The notes: generated from the sequence alone by a model not told the origin. Shown: positions 8,787-19,463, counted from the stretch's first letter. The stretch is DNA of 64,000 bases from an uncultured Verrucomicrobiae bacterium (GCA_963756875.1 CAVWPA010000001.1:128001-192000); one strand, 5' to 3'. Translations and numbers: made by a program.

Positions 8787-10490
8787 CTAGCTAACGTCTC
8801 CAATTGTGATGGAAATGACTTCCTCGGCCGAGGTGAGGCCGGCGAGGACCTTGCGTACTCCATCTTCACGCAGGGTGCGCATGCCGAGCTCGCGCGCCCG
8901 CTGTCGCAATTGAACGGTCGACGTCCGCTTGTTAATCATGTGTCGCACTTCATCATCGATCCCGAAGATTTCGAAAATGCCCATCCGGCCTTTGTAACCG
9001 GTGCCGCGGCACTGCTCGCACCCGATCGGTTTCATCACCTGGGCGTCGCTTAACTGGCCCGGTTCGATGTTCAGCGCGCGCATTTCCGTCTCGCTGATTT
9101 CGCCTGGCCGCCGGCAATTGACGCAGAGTCGCCTGACCAGCCGTTGCGCCATGATTGCGCGGACGGAGGAGGCGACAAGGAACGGTTGCACTCCAATGTC
9201 AACCAAACGCGCCACAGCCGACGGAGCGTCATTAGTGTGGAGCGTGCTGAAAACAAGATGGCCGGTAAGGCTCGCGTTTGTGGCAATGCTCGCGGTCTCC
9301 AGATCGCGAATTTCTCCGATCATGATGATATTAGGCGCCTGACGAAGAATCGAGCGAAGCGCGGCTGGAAACGTCATCCCGATTTCCGGATTGACCTGCA
9401 CCTGATTGATGCCGGTCATTTGATATTCGACCGGCTCCTCGACCGTGATGATTTTGCGGTCCGGCTTGTTGATGTAATTAAGGCAGGCGTAAAGCGTGCT
9501 GGTCTTTCCGGAACCTGTTGGCCCTGTTACCAGCAGGATCCCATCCGGCAGTTGAATCAAGCGCTCGAATGTTTCCTGGTCGTCGCTGAAGAATCCGAGC
9601 TCCGGCAAGCCGAGCATAAGGCTCGATTTGTCGAGCACACGCATGACCACGCTCTCTCCGTGGTTGGTCGGAATCGTGGAAACACGCAAATCGATGGGCT
9701 TCTTTTTTATTTTTACCTGGATGCGGCCATCCTGGGGCAGACGTTTTTCCGCGATACTCATCGAGCCGGTCATGATTTTGATGCGGCTGATAATGGCCGA
9801 TTGCAAACGTTTGGGCGGCGCCTGCATCTCCTGTAACACACCGTCGATCCGAAACCGGACACGAAATTTTTTGTCGAGCGGCTCGAGATGAATATCGCTG
9901 GCGCCCAGCCGGTGCGCCTCGACTAATAACATCGACACCATGCGAATGATTGGCGCATCGCCCTCATCGCCTTCGGCAAGTTGTGAGCCATCGCCGATTT
10001 CGAGGCCGAGATCGACATCTTCGCCAATCTGTTCCTGGATTACGTCGGCTGCTTCATCCGCGGTGCCGTAATATTTGATCAGGGCCTCGCGAATTTTTTC
10101 AGGGCTGGTGCAAACGAGTTCGAGTTCCCGCTGCAACATGAAGCTGAGGCTGTCGATCGTATCGATGTCGAGCGGATCGCTTACCGCAACGATCAGTCCC
10201 GTCTCGCCGAACGCGACCGGGATGACCTTGTAACGGCGCGCGTCTTCGGCCCGGATTTGTTTGATCACTTCCGGCGGAATGACCATGGTGGAAATGTCGA
10301 TCCAGTCCATGTGCGCCTGCGCGGCGAGAGCGCGAGAAATGTCGGCCTCGGAAACAGCGCCATCCCGGACCAGGACATCAACCACGTTGTCCGCGCCATT
10401 CAATTGTGCGCGGGCGCCGTCAATTTGTTTGCGCGTCACCAGTCCTACATCTTGCAGGACTCGCAGGACATAATCTTCGTTCTGTTGCAC
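8787..10490 (-). CDS. pilB: GspE/PilB-family assembly ATPase (paralogue 1)
   Basis: ASDIHLEP, AEKRLPQDGR, GPTGSGKTST, LRQAPN, GHLVFSTLHTN. Confidence 0.92.
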   Translation of the reverse strand: MQQNEDYVLRVLQDVGLVTRKQIDGARAQLNGADNVVDVLVRDGAVSEADISRALAAQAHMDWIDISTMVIPPEVIKQIRAEDARRYKVIPVAFGETGLIVAVSDPLDIDTIDSLSFMLQRELELVCTSPEKIREALIKYYGTADEAADVIQEQIGEDVDLGLEIGDGSQLAEGDEGDAPIIRMVSMLLVEAHRLGASDIHLEPLDKKFRVRFRIDGVLQEMQAPPKRLQSAIISRIKIMTGSMSIAEKRLPQDGRIQVKIKKKPIDLRVSTIPTNHGESVVMRVLDKSSLMLGLPELGFFSDDQETFERLIQLPDGILLVTGPTGSGKTSTLYACLNYINKPDRKIITVEEPVEYQMTGINQVQVNPEIGMTFPAALRSILRQAPNIIMIGEIRDLETASIATNASLTGHLVFSTLHTNDAPSAVARLVDIGVQPFLVASSVRAIMAQRLVRRLCVNCRRPGEISETEMRALNIEPGQLSDAQVMKPIGCEQCRGTGYKGRMGIFEIFGIDDEVRHMINKRTSTVQLRQRARELGMRTLREDGVRKVLAGLTSAEEVISITIGDVS

Positions 10491-10616
10491 CGGTAAAAAA
10501 TCGCGGGTGTCTAATCTATCTCAATCCAAGCGCCGCGGAAATCGCGATTTTCCTTTGGAGAAACGGCCAATTCAGGGCTGTAGCGGCAGACCCCTGGGCG
10601 GCGCGGCGCGCGCGAT

Positions 10617-12473
10617 CTACTCCACTGTCACGCTCTTAGCCAGGTTGCGGGGCTTGTCCACGTCGCGCCCGAGCTCGACCGCGAGATGGTAGGCGAGAAG
10701 CTGAAGCGGAACAACGGTGAGGATCGGGCTCACGCAATCAGGGACGTCCGGGACTTCGATGATGTCGTTGGCGAGGTTCTTTAGTTGTTTTGCCCCGCTG
10801 CCCGAGGTGACGGCGATGATCGGTCCTTTGCGCGCTTTCACCTGTTCCATGTTGTTGATATTTTTTGAAAGAATCGCGTCGTCCGGTGCGATAAAGACCG
10901 AAGGAAGTTCCGGTCTGACGAGCGCGATGATGCCGTGTTTGAGTTCGGCGCTGGGGTGGCCTTCGGCGAAGAGATAGGTGATCTCTTTCATCTTCAGTGC
11001 GCCCTCCAAAGCGATGGGGAAATTGAACTGGCGTCCAAAAAAGAGCATTCCGCTCACGCCTGCATACTTTTTCGCGATCGCTTTGATGTGATCGCTCAGT
11101 TTAAGCGTATCCTCAATCTGCTGTGGCAAAGCGTCGAGTGCTTCGATGATTCGGCTTCCTTCGGCTGTGGAAAGTTGCCGCATCCGGCCGAGTAGAAGAC
11201 CGATGAGCGTGAGAATCACGAGCTGCGATGTGAACGATTTTGTCGCCGCCACGCCAATCTCGGGCCCGGCGTGCATATAAACGCCGCCATCGCTCTCGCG
11301 CGCGATGGTACTCGCGACGTTGTTGCAGATGCCGAGCGTCCGATGTCCCTTGCGGCGGCTCTCGCGCAAAGCGCCGAGCGTGTCGGCGGTCTCACCGCTC
11401 TGGCTAATGGCGAAGACAAGCGTGTTCGGCGTCATGGGCGTATTGCGATGGCGGAACTCGCTCGCGTATTCCACTTCGACAGGAATGTTGGCCAGTCTTT
11501 CGATGAGATACTCGCCGACCATGCCGGCGTGCAGAGCGGTGCCGCAGCCGGTAAGCACGATACGGGCGACGTCGCGCAGCTCAGCCGGCGTCATATTCAA
11601 ACCGCCGAGTTTGGCGGTGCATTCGTCGTACGTGAGACGGCCGCGCATGGCGTCACGGACTGAATCCGGCTGCTCAAAGATTTCCTTCAGCATGTAATGC
11701 GGGTAATCGCCTTTCCGGATGTCTTCGGCGCTGAACTCAACCTTGCTGACGGCGTATTGTCCGCCGGCACCATCGACCGAGCTGATTTCGAACTTGTCGC
11801 GCTCGACGGCCACGACGTCGAAATCGTTCAAGTAAATGGCGTCGCGCGTGTGGGCGACGATCGCGCTGACATCGCTAGCCAGAAAATTTTCGTCTTTGCC
11901 GACGCCGAGAACGAGTGGGCTGCCGCGGCGGGCGCCCACGATGAAATCTGGAATGTCGGCATGTACGAGCGCAATCCCGTAGGTGCCGATCACCTGTTTC
12001 AATGCCGACCGGACGGCATTGACCAGACGGGCCTTGGAATCCTTGCCGCCGAGCTGCCGGTAAATGCTGCCGATGAGATGTGCGAGAACTTCGGTATCGG
12101 TGTCGGAACGGAAATTCGTGTCTCCGTTTTGAATCAGCTGCTCCTTGAGCGCCTGGTAATTCTCAACGACGCCGTTGTGCACGAGAGCGATTTTGCCGCT
12201 GGCATCGAAGTGCGGATGCGCGTTTTCGTCGTTAACCTTCCCGTGCGTGGCCCAGCGGGTGTGACTGATGCCAAAGGAGCCGGCGGCCGGCTTTTGCGAC
12301 ACCAATTTTGCGAGAGAAGCGATACGGCCCGCGCACTTGCGTGTCTCGACATGGTCACCGTTGACAATCGCGATGCCGGCGGAGTCGTAGCCGCGATACT
12401 CGAGGCGGCGCAAGCCGTCGAGCAAGATCGGCGCGGCCTCCGAGCGCCCGACGTAACCGACAATTCCGCACAT
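10617..12473 (-). CDS. glmS: glutamine--fructose-6-phosphate transaminase
   Basis: N-terminal MCGIVG, LEYRGYDSAG, HTRWATHG, SQSGETAD, C-terminal DKPRNLAKSVTVE. Confidence 0.98.
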   Translation of the reverse strand: MCGIVGYVGRSEAAPILLDGLRRLEYRGYDSAGIAIVNGDHVETRKCAGRIASLAKLVSQKPAAGSFGISHTRWATHGKVNDENAHPHFDASGKIALVHNGVVENYQALKEQLIQNGDTNFRSDTDTEVLAHLIGSIYRQLGGKDSKARLVNAVRSALKQVIGTYGIALVHADIPDFIVGARRGSPLVLGVGKDENFLASDVSAIVAHTRDAIYLNDFDVVAVERDKFEISSVDGAGGQYAVSKVEFSAEDIRKGDYPHYMLKEIFEQPDSVRDAMRGRLTYDECTAKLGGLNMTPAELRDVARIVLTGCGTALHAGMVGEYLIERLANIPVEVEYASEFRHRNTPMTPNTLVFAISQSGETADTLGALRESRRKGHRTLGICNNVASTIARESDGGVYMHAGPEIGVAATKSFTSQLVILTLIGLLLGRMRQLSTAEGSRIIEALDALPQQIEDTLKLSDHIKAIAKKYAGVSGMLFFGRQFNFPIALEGALKMKEITYLFAEGHPSAELKHGIIALVRPELPSVFIAPDDAILSKNINNMEQVKARKGPIIAVTSGSGAKQLKNLANDIIEVPDVPDCVSPILTVVPLQLLAYHLAVELGRDVDKPRNLAKSVTVE

Positions 12474-12595
12474 AATCAGGGGAAAGTGAGCCTGATACTA
12501 ACGTCTCCGCAGGGTTGTAGCAACCGGCCCCGTGCCGCTTCATCTGTCTGCGCAAAAGATTTGCTCGAAGCCTCAGACGCTGAGTTATTGACGAT

Positions 12596-13936
12596 GTGAA
12601 GACAAGTGACGGTCCACGGAGCGACGTAAATCTGTTGTCGACGTCGGCGCCCTTGCTTCCCCCTGGCATTACACAGCGAACCCTTGCCATCATCATGGGG
12701 GGCGGCGCGGGAACGCGGCTGTTTCCGTTGACTAAAGACCGCGCGAAGCCGGCGGTCCCGCTCGGTGGAAAGTATCGTATCGTCGATATCCCCATCAGCA
12801 ATTGTCTGAACTCCGGTTTGCGATCGATCTACGTGCTCACGCAGTTCAACAGCATGTCGCTGCATCGGCATATTCAGGCCAGCTACAAGTTCGATCATTT
12901 CTCCCGTAGCTTTATCGATCTTCTCGCGGCGCAACAAACTCCCGAGGGTTCGCAGTGGTACCAGGGAACCGCCGATGCTGTCCGGCAAAACATGCGCTAC
13001 TTTCTCGAGCGGCCGTTTGAGTATTACCTCATCCTGAGCGGCGATCAGCTTTATCGCATGGATTTTCGCGTGCTGCTGCATCAACACATTCAATCGGGAG
13101 CCGATATTACGCTGGCGACCAAGCCGATTGAGCGGCATCGGGTTTCCGAATTTGGCATTATGCAGAGCGGAGTGGACCGGCGCATTACCCGCTTTGTGGA
13201 AAAGCCGAAGGACGAAGCGGTGCTTGGCGAAATGAAAATGAGCGGCGAGTTGCTCGCCGCCGTCGGCCTGAACGAACAGGATGAATTATTCCAGGCTTCG
13301 ATGGGGATTTACATTTTCAATCGGGACGTTCTCGTTAAATGCCTGGACAATGAGCTGGTCGATTTTGGAAAGCACATCATCCCGCAGTCGATCGCCGACC
13401 GGCATGTGAGCGCATTTATCTTCAAGGGCTATTGGGAGGATATCGGCACGGTGCGCGCCTTTTATGAAGCAAACCTGGATCTGACGGATCTTGTCCCCGA
13501 GTACAGCTTCTTTGACACGGAGGCGCCGATTTACACGCACCCCCGCTTTTTACCCGGGAGCAAGGTCAACGGCGCGACGCTGCGCCAGGCGATTATCTCG
13601 GACGGGTGCATCATCTCGGATGCGCATTTGGAGAGAAGCGTGATCGGCATCCGCAGCATCATTCAAAGCGGTGCCACGATTCGCGACAGCATTATCATGG
13701 GAGCGGATTACTTCGAACAAAACCGGCACGAGCATTCGGACCTGCCGGCCATCGGGATTGGACGCAACTGCGTGATTGACCGCGCCATTATCGACAAGAA
13801 CGCGCGCATCGCAGACGGCGTAGTCATTACACCGGAGGGAAAATCAGCGAATCTGGACGCGGAAAATTACTTTATCCGCGACGGGATTGTGGTGGTCCCG
13901 AAGAATGCCGTGATCCCGGCGGGATTCTGGATCTGA
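12596..13936 (+). CDS. glgC: glucose-1-phosphate adenylyltransferase
   Basis: GGGAGTRLFPLTKDRAKPAVP, WYQGTADAV, LSGDQLYRMD, ASMGIY, YWEDIGT; start uncertain. Confidence 0.97.
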   Translation: MKTSDGPRSDVNLLSTSAPLLPPGITQRTLAIIMGGGAGTRLFPLTKDRAKPAVPLGGKYRIVDIPISNCLNSGLRSIYVLTQFNSMSLHRHIQASYKFDHFSRSFIDLLAAQQTPEGSQWYQGTADAVRQNMRYFLERPFEYYLILSGDQLYRMDFRVLLHQHIQSGADITLATKPIERHRVSEFGIMQSGVDRRITRFVEKPKDEAVLGEMKMSGELLAAVGLNEQDELFQASMGIYIFNRDVLVKCLDNELVDFGKHIIPQSIADRHVSAFIFKGYWEDIGTVRAFYEANLDLTDLVPEYSFFDTEAPIYTHPRFLPGSKVNGATLRQAIISDGCIISDAHLERSVIGIRSIIQSGATIRDSIIMGADYFEQNRHEHSDLPAIGIGRNCVIDRAIIDKNARIADGVVITPEGKSANLDAENYFIRDGIVVVPKNAVIPAGFWI

Positions 13937-14000
13937 TCGGCTTGCGATGCGGCATGCCGCGGTCGTCGTCGCCAGAACGCTGCGTAAGAGTGGGCGACGC

Positions 14001-14213
14001 TTAGTGCGCCCTGTCGGTCACCCCTGCGAGCGGTCCGCCCACTTCCCATTGTTCCTGTTTGTCCCAGGGGATCTGGGAGTCGTTATGGGTTTCGGGATCC
14101 TTCACCACGGAGGCCGTCTCTTTCGGTGTAGCGCAGGACACCAGCGTGAAGGTGCTCGCAAACAGAAGGCCGAGCACGACTGCTTTTCCCAGCTTAAGAA
14201 TTTGTGCCAGCAT
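14001..14213 (-). CDS. small putative lipoprotein
   Basis: Signal peptide with LVSC lipobox-like motif; overlaps the upstream gene. Confidence 0.65.
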   Translation of the reverse strand: MLAQILKLGKAVVLGLLFASTFTLVSCATPKETASVVKDPETHNDSQIPWDKQEQWEVGGPLAGVTDRAH

Positions 14214-14994
14214 AAATAACAGTATCTCCAGGTTGCACCTGCACCCCTCGTGCCAAAGTGCTGGTGATTATATCGCCGATAGCCGTAGCCGGTTCAACTG
14301 AAGAAATACGAATTTTGCCGATGAAACTGCCGTCGCGCAAAACGAGCATTTCCGAGTTGGCTTCGACCCCCTCGCGCCCTCCCAGATTCAGAACGACGAA
14401 ATTGTAAGCCTGGTTGACCGCCAGCACGGTGCCACGAAGACCGACCTGTCTTGCGGAAGCAGCCGGCCGCTTCCTCTTTTCTTCCGCCAGCCGCGAAGAA
14501 CGCTCTTCGAGTGATTGCAGCTTGTCGGAAAGGAAGGATTTCTCCCGCTCCGCATCGTCGAGTTGCCGCCTGGCGTCATCGAGTTGGGCCTGTAATTCCT
14601 GTGCAGATGGAGCGCCCGGATTGGCGGAGCCGGGCTTGGCTTCATCAATTTGTTTTTGAAGATTGGCGATTTCGGTTTCGTTGGCCGTCAACTTGGCTTG
14701 TAGATCGTCCTTTTCCTTCTGCGTCTTCACGATCTCTGCCTCGGCGCTTGCCACCTGCTTCTCGTTATCGGCAATCTTCGCTTTTTCTGCGGCAATGGCT
14801 GCCTCTCGGGCCTTGATTTGCTTTTGTTCAGCCGCGCGCCGCAGTTCGGCTGTCTTACGGGCGTTATTGGCCTCTGCTGCCGCTGCATGCAACGATTTTG
14901 TCTTGAACGTGTTAAGAACGCCAAACACTGCCGCCAACCCCAGGAGCGCGACTGAAGCGGCAATTAACGTCTTGGGCGTTGCGGAAATTGCCAT
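14194..14994 (-). CDS. membrane-anchored coiled-coil protein with a C-terminal beta-rich domain
   Basis: N-terminal TM, long heptad region, GTVLAVNQAYNFVVLNLG domain. Confidence 0.75.
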   Translation of the reverse strand: MAISATPKTLIAASVALLGLAAVFGVLNTFKTKSLHAAAAEANNARKTAELRRAAEQKQIKAREAAIAAEKAKIADNEKQVASAEAEIVKTQKEKDDLQAKLTANETEIANLQKQIDEAKPGSANPGAPSAQELQAQLDDARRQLDDAEREKSFLSDKLQSLEERSSRLAEEKRKRPAASARQVGLRGTVLAVNQAYNFVVLNLGGREGVEANSEMLVLRDGSFIGKIRISSVEPATAIGDIITSTLARGVQVQPGDTVIYAGTNS

Positions 14995-15137
14995 GGAATA
15001 ACAAAAAACAGACCGATCCTTTTAAACGGGATCCATCTGGAAATGCAATCCCGGATTTATGTTTGAAGCGGATTTTTTTCGACGACCTGTCGGGACAGTC
15101 TCCTTGCGCTTGGCTCTTTCGCAGCTATATGCAGTCC

Positions 15138-15275
15138 GTGAGCCAGCAACATCGTGTGCAGGAAAAGCGCAAGCGACGCAAAGCCTATCTCAAACGGAAA
15201 AGGGTCGCTACGAAGGCGGCACGACCGCGGCCCGCAAAAGCAAAGAGCAAGAAGCAACCGGCATCGGCGGAGTAA
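15138..15275 (+). CDS. small highly basic protein (45 aa)
   Basis: GTG start, (M)SQQHRVQEKRKRRKAYLKRKR..., Lys/Arg/Ala-rich. Confidence 0.6.
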   Translation: MSQQHRVQEKRKRRKAYLKRKRVATKAARPRPAKAKSKKQPASAE

Positions 15276-15326
15276 GGTGGGCGGTGGTCATCTCGCGCAC
15301 CGGCGAAGGATGCCGTATCATTCCGG

Positions 15327-15749
15327 ATGCGCCGGCGCTATTTGATCGTCGATGGACACAGCGTGATTTTCGCCTGGAGCGCCCTGCGCAAATTGCATGG
15401 AAGACGGACATCTTTGGGTCGCGAGGCGTTGATTAAACAGCTTCGTGATTACCAGGACCGCACCGGAACCAGGGTGGTGGTCGTTTTCGATGGCAAAGGG
15501 GAATGCATCAGCGAGACGTCGTTTCCCGGCGAGGTGCATGTCTTTTACTCTCGCCGCGGACAGTCGGCGGATGCCATCGTTGAGCGGCTCGCCAGCAAAT
15601 ATGCCGCGCGATTCGACCTCACGGTGGTCACGTCAGATTCGTTGGAGCGGGAAACAGTGCATGCATGCGGCGCGGCGTGCATTTCGCCCGAAGCATTGCG
15701 CGGCCTTATCGAGGAAGCGCGAGGTGCCTGTTCGGGAGACAGGCTATAA
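15327..15749 (+). CDS. NYN-domain (YacP/Rae1-like) ribonuclease
   Basis: YLIVDGHSV, VVVFDG, SADAIVERL, VVTSD. Confidence 0.85.
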   Translation: MRRRYLIVDGHSVIFAWSALRKLHGRRTSLGREALIKQLRDYQDRTGTRVVVVFDGKGECISETSFPGEVHVFYSRRGQSADAIVERLASKYAARFDLTVVTSDSLERETVHACGAACISPEALRGLIEEARGACSGDRL

Positions 15750-15753
15750 ACAC

Positions 15754-16203
15754 TCAGGCGGCGCCGACCAAAGCGTGATGCGGCTGGCCGCCCGAACTTC
15801 GAGCGGCGGTCCGATGCCGGCAGGTGGCGAGCACACGCGCCAGCACGCAATAAAGTTGTTCGATTGGCAGGTTCTTGCTCACGTAACCATTGGCTCCGGC
15901 TTGCAAGGCCGCATGCATTTGCTCCTCGTCGTAGCCGACGCCGGTGAAAACCACGATCGGGATATAGCCGTTGATCTCGCGGATGAAAGAAATGAGCGAA
16001 ATACCATCCACTTTTGGCATCTTGAGATCGACAATCACGACGTCGCAATCGTGGCGGGCGAGCCAGGCAGCCGTCTGGAAGCCGTCGGTGATGGAATGGC
16101 AGGTATGTCCGCGTTGCCGGAGGTAGGCGACCAGGAATTTGGCGATACCGGGGTCATCGTCGATGATAAGAAACTGAGAGAAATCGCGGGTTTGCGTTGT
16201 CAT
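15754..16203 (-). CDS. single-domain response regulator
   Basis: LIIDDD, IVDLKMPKVDG, VFTG, GANGYVSK. Confidence 0.9.
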   Translation of the reverse strand: MTTQTRDFSQFLIIDDDPGIAKFLVAYLRQRGHTCHSITDGFQTAAWLARHDCDVVIVDLKMPKVDGISLISFIREINGYIPIVVFTGVGYDEEQMHAALQAGANGYVSKNLPIEQLYCVLARVLATCRHRTAARSSGGQPHHALVGAA

Positions 16204-16228
16204 TGGCTATAATTTCCATAATCAATTA

Positions 16229-16244
16229 AGCACTAACCTTGCCA
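16229..16244 (-). promoter_or_regulatory. candidate sigma54 promoter of the response regulator
   Basis: Minus strand TGGCAAGGTTAGTGCT = GG-N10-GC, about 25 bp upstream of the ATG. Confidence 0.5.
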
Positions 16245-16302
16245 ACTTCACCCAGGCTATTTGCTTTTTGCCAGCCGCCGGACCGGGTCGGGTCGGCCAA
16301 GC

Positions 16303-17316
16303 CTACGACTCCAGCTTTTCTTCAATGGCTTTGACCCGGGCGAACAGCTTTCCGAGCCGATGAATCCAGGCAATCTGCCGTTTTGCGTTGGCAAAGGGTA
16401 CGGCTGGAGAACCGAACCAGACGCCTCCACGGGTGTCCTTCGTGATTCCGCTTTGCGCTGCGATCATGGTCCCGTCACCGATCTCAATGTGACCTATGAC
16501 GCCCACCTGGCCGGCCATCATGACGCGCTCGCCGAGGCGGGTACTGCCTGATACTCCCGCTTGCGCCGCGATCACGGAATGTTTGCCGATCACAACGTTG
16601 TGCGCCACCTGCACCAGATTATCGATCTTCACCCCCTCCTGTATCCAGGTGCGGCCAAAGCGGGCGCGATCGACGGTCGTGTTGGCCCCGATTTCCACGT
16701 CGTTATCGATCTGCACGATTCCGACCTGTTGAATTTTCCGCTGGCGGCCATCGACGAATTCGAAGCCAAAACCATCCGCCCCGATCACCGCGCCGCTATG
16801 AATAATGACGCGGGCGCCGATACGTGTCCGTTCGCGAATCGCGACATGGGGATAGATGGTACATTCCGGGCCGATTACGGTTTCATGGCCCACATAGGTT
16901 TGCGCTCCAATCACCGTGTCATCCCCGATGCTCGCCCCGGCCTCGATTACCGCGTACGGTTGCACCGAGACGCGCGCGCCCAGTTTTGCGCTCGGATCCA
17001 CGATCGCACTCGGGTGAACTCCTGGCGGAAACACCACAGGTTTCGGGGCCAGTCGCAGAACGATTTGTTCGAATGCCTTGGATGGATTTGAAACGTGAAT
17101 TTGTGCGGCTGGGATCGTTTCGGAGAAATCAACCGGCACGAAAACCGCGGAAGCGCGGGTCTTTTGCACCAGGGAAGCGTATCTGGGATCGGCAAAAAAC
17201 GTGATTTCACCCGGTTCGGCTTCCGCGAGCGACGCCGCCCCGGTTATTTTCCCGGCGGGATCACCGTGCAACTCGCCACCGGTGATCTTCGCGATTTCCT
17301 GGAGAGTAAAAGTCAT
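16303..17316 (-). CDS. lpxD: UDP-3-O-(3-hydroxyacyl)glucosamine N-acyltransferase
   Basis: Hexapeptide repeats, IGADGFGF, EIGANTTVDRA, KIDNLVQVAHNV. Confidence 0.96.
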   Translation of the reverse strand: MTFTLQEIAKITGGELHGDPAGKITGAASLAEAEPGEITFFADPRYASLVQKTRASAVFVPVDFSETIPAAQIHVSNPSKAFEQIVLRLAPKPVVFPPGVHPSAIVDPSAKLGARVSVQPYAVIEAGASIGDDTVIGAQTYVGHETVIGPECTIYPHVAIRERTRIGARVIIHSGAVIGADGFGFEFVDGRQRKIQQVGIVQIDNDVEIGANTTVDRARFGRTWIQEGVKIDNLVQVAHNVVIGKHSVIAAQAGVSGSTRLGERVMMAGQVGVIGHIEIGDGTMIAAQSGITKDTRGGVWFGSPAVPFANAKRQIAWIHRLGKLFARVKAIEEKLES

Positions 17317-17459
17317 CAATTACTGTAGCGGTGCTTTACGAGCGTCGCTAAAATTTATGCCCGAAATAGTCCGACAGTCGTAGATCGCGAAAGAGTCTAG
17401 GAATTGAGCTCCGGATTCCAAGCTCCAACATCCTCTTTGGGATCCCCGGGCCTGGAATT

Positions 17460-19463
17460 CTACCGTTGCTCGGTCCCTGGCAGCAGCACACTGACCGACG
17501 TGCCTTGAGGGCCCGAATCGATGTCCACCCTCCCGTTGTGATCGAAGATCGTGCGCTTCACAATCGGCAATCCTAATCCCATCCCGCGCGGCTTGGTGGT
17601 GCAAAAAGGAGAAAATATTTTCTCCTTCAACTCCGGCGCGATTCCTTTGCCGTTGTCCCGCACAGTAATCACAACTCCGCCGGGCCCGTCGTTTTCACGG
17701 AGTGGTTTTACCGAAAGCGCGATGCGGCGTTTCTTTTGATGGGAAAGAGCCTCGGCCGCGTTGGCCACCAGGTGAGCAAACGCTTCGGCAAGGGCTTCTT
17801 CATCGCCAAGCACGTGTGGCAGGTTGCCAGGCAGCGACGTTTCCACTTCAATCCCGCCATTTACCCCGAAGCGCGACCGGGCGATTTCGAGGCCTTTCTT
17901 TACCGGTGCGCGCACGTCGATGGACTTCAGAACAATTTCGGGCGGATGCGCGAAGCTATTGATCTGGGTAATGATCCTGTCCAGGCGATCGACCTCTTTA
18001 ACTACGATTTTGTTGAATTCCTTGCGGAAGTCGGCGTCCTCGAAGCGTTCGGGAAGAAGTTGGGCAAAAGTTTTTATGGCAACCAGCGGGTTGCGGATCT
18101 CGTGCGACATGCTGGCAGCGAGATCGGTCCAGAAGGCGGCTCGATCGAGCAGCGCCTGTTTTTCGCGCGTCGTTACTTCGGTGGTCAGATCGTGCAGAAC
18201 AGCCACGGCCCCAAGGGGCGTGCGCTGGTCTGCCAGGCGGCGCACCTCAACCGACAGCGGGCGACGCGTGTTATTGTCGGTCCACTGCCGCGCCGGCAGA
18301 TTCGCTTTCGAATCGAGGGCGTCGCGCAGGAACGAGGCCAGACGGGTTCCCAGTGCTTCCACAGGTTTGTTCACGGCATTTGAGCTCGACACTCCGAGAA
18401 GTTGCTCAGCCGTCGGGTTAAACCAACGCACGACTCCATCCTCATCGGTGGCTACGATGCCTGACGGAATCGATTTGAGAAGAGTTTCAGCCAGCGTTTT
18501 TTGCAGCGTTACTTCCTCGTAAAGCAGGGAGTTCTCCAGCACGGTTGAGACCTGTTCAGCCAGCAGCATCAGGGCTTCAAGATCGCGGTAATCGAACGGC
18601 TGGCCGGCGATCCGATGTCCGAAAAATAACCAGCCGATGATACGACCGCGTGCGTAAAGGGGCACAATGACTTCCGCGCCAAAAGCGTCCAGGGCGCGCC
18701 GCATCACCTGACGCGTTCTCTGATCCGCGGCTTGCGCAAGATTTGCGCGTGCGATCAGGGAGGCGTTCGATTCGAACCAGCGGACCAGCGCATCGCGCTC
18801 GCCAAATTCCATTTCGTGCGTTTCGGGCAGGCAGCGCAACCCCGCCCGTAGCCGGTAATCTTCGCCCTGGCGCCCGCGTGAAAAAATACCCACTCGCGCT
18901 ACACCGGCCGCGTCCGCCACGCCTTCCACAATGCTCCCGAGCAAAGCGTCGATATTTTCAAACCGGCGAAAAACCCGGGGAAAACGCATCATCACCGCAG
19001 ACGACGCGCCATAACGCTCCGCAGCAACCTCCGGTCGATGCAGTGGCTGGGCCACAGGGACCATGGCGGATGTTTCCCGCAAGTCCCGATTTTCCTGCAA
19101 AGCTTTGAGATAATCGAAAGCCCGGCCGGCCAAAGCCTGGAACCGGCGGCGATCCAACTCGAGATCTTCCGCTGCGTAAATTCCAAATTGTTCCGCTTCA
19201 CGCAGCGGTTCCGAGCGCATGACGCCGAGCGCTATGATCAGTACGTCCTGCCATTCCTGTTGAACTTGTTCGATGAGATCGCGGCATTCTTTGGCGCGGA
19301 GATCTGCAATCAGCAGGCAGGCGCCGACTTGCTGAAGAACCGCGTCCAGACGATCCGGCTCGCTGACGTGCCGTACTTGTGCGGCCATACGCAGGTACGC
19401 CCTGACCCGCCGGCTCAGATCGGAATCCTGCGTATATAAGATGCAGACCGGCGGGGGAATCAT
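17460..19463 (-). CDS. cytoplasmic sensor histidine kinase (degenerate receiver, GAF, PAS, HisKA, HATPase)
   Basis: MSHEIRNPL H-box, DNGKGI, FSPFCTTK, GMGLGL; start set at MIPPP (19463). Confidence 0.88.
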   Translation of the reverse strand: MIPPPVCILYTQDSDLSRRVRAYLRMAAQVRHVSEPDRLDAVLQQVGACLLIADLRAKECRDLIEQVQQEWQDVLIIALGVMRSEPLREAEQFGIYAAEDLELDRRRFQALAGRAFDYLKALQENRDLRETSAMVPVAQPLHRPEVAAERYGASSAVMMRFPRVFRRFENIDALLGSIVEGVADAAGVARVGIFSRGRQGEDYRLRAGLRCLPETHEMEFGERDALVRWFESNASLIARANLAQAADQRTRQVMRRALDAFGAEVIVPLYARGRIIGWLFFGHRIAGQPFDYRDLEALMLLAEQVSTVLENSLLYEEVTLQKTLAETLLKSIPSGIVATDEDGVVRWFNPTAEQLLGVSSSNAVNKPVEALGTRLASFLRDALDSKANLPARQWTDNNTRRPLSVEVRRLADQRTPLGAVAVLHDLTTEVTTREKQALLDRAAFWTDLAASMSHEIRNPLVAIKTFAQLLPERFEDADFRKEFNKIVVKEVDRLDRIITQINSFAHPPEIVLKSIDVRAPVKKGLEIARSRFGVNGGIEVETSLPGNLPHVLGDEEALAEAFAHLVANAAEALSHQKKRRIALSVKPLRENDGPGGVVITVRDNGKGIAPELKEKIFSPFCTTKPRGMGLGLPIVKRTIFDHNGRVDIDSGPQGTSVSVLLPGTEQR

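Noticed and set aside
8594..8869. N-terminal extension of the 654-aa PilB ORF (likewise 19464-19625 of the kinase and 38804-38854 of the collagen gene)
   Set aside because: These extensions run through intergenic repeats or overlap the upstream gene; downstream ATGs fit better.
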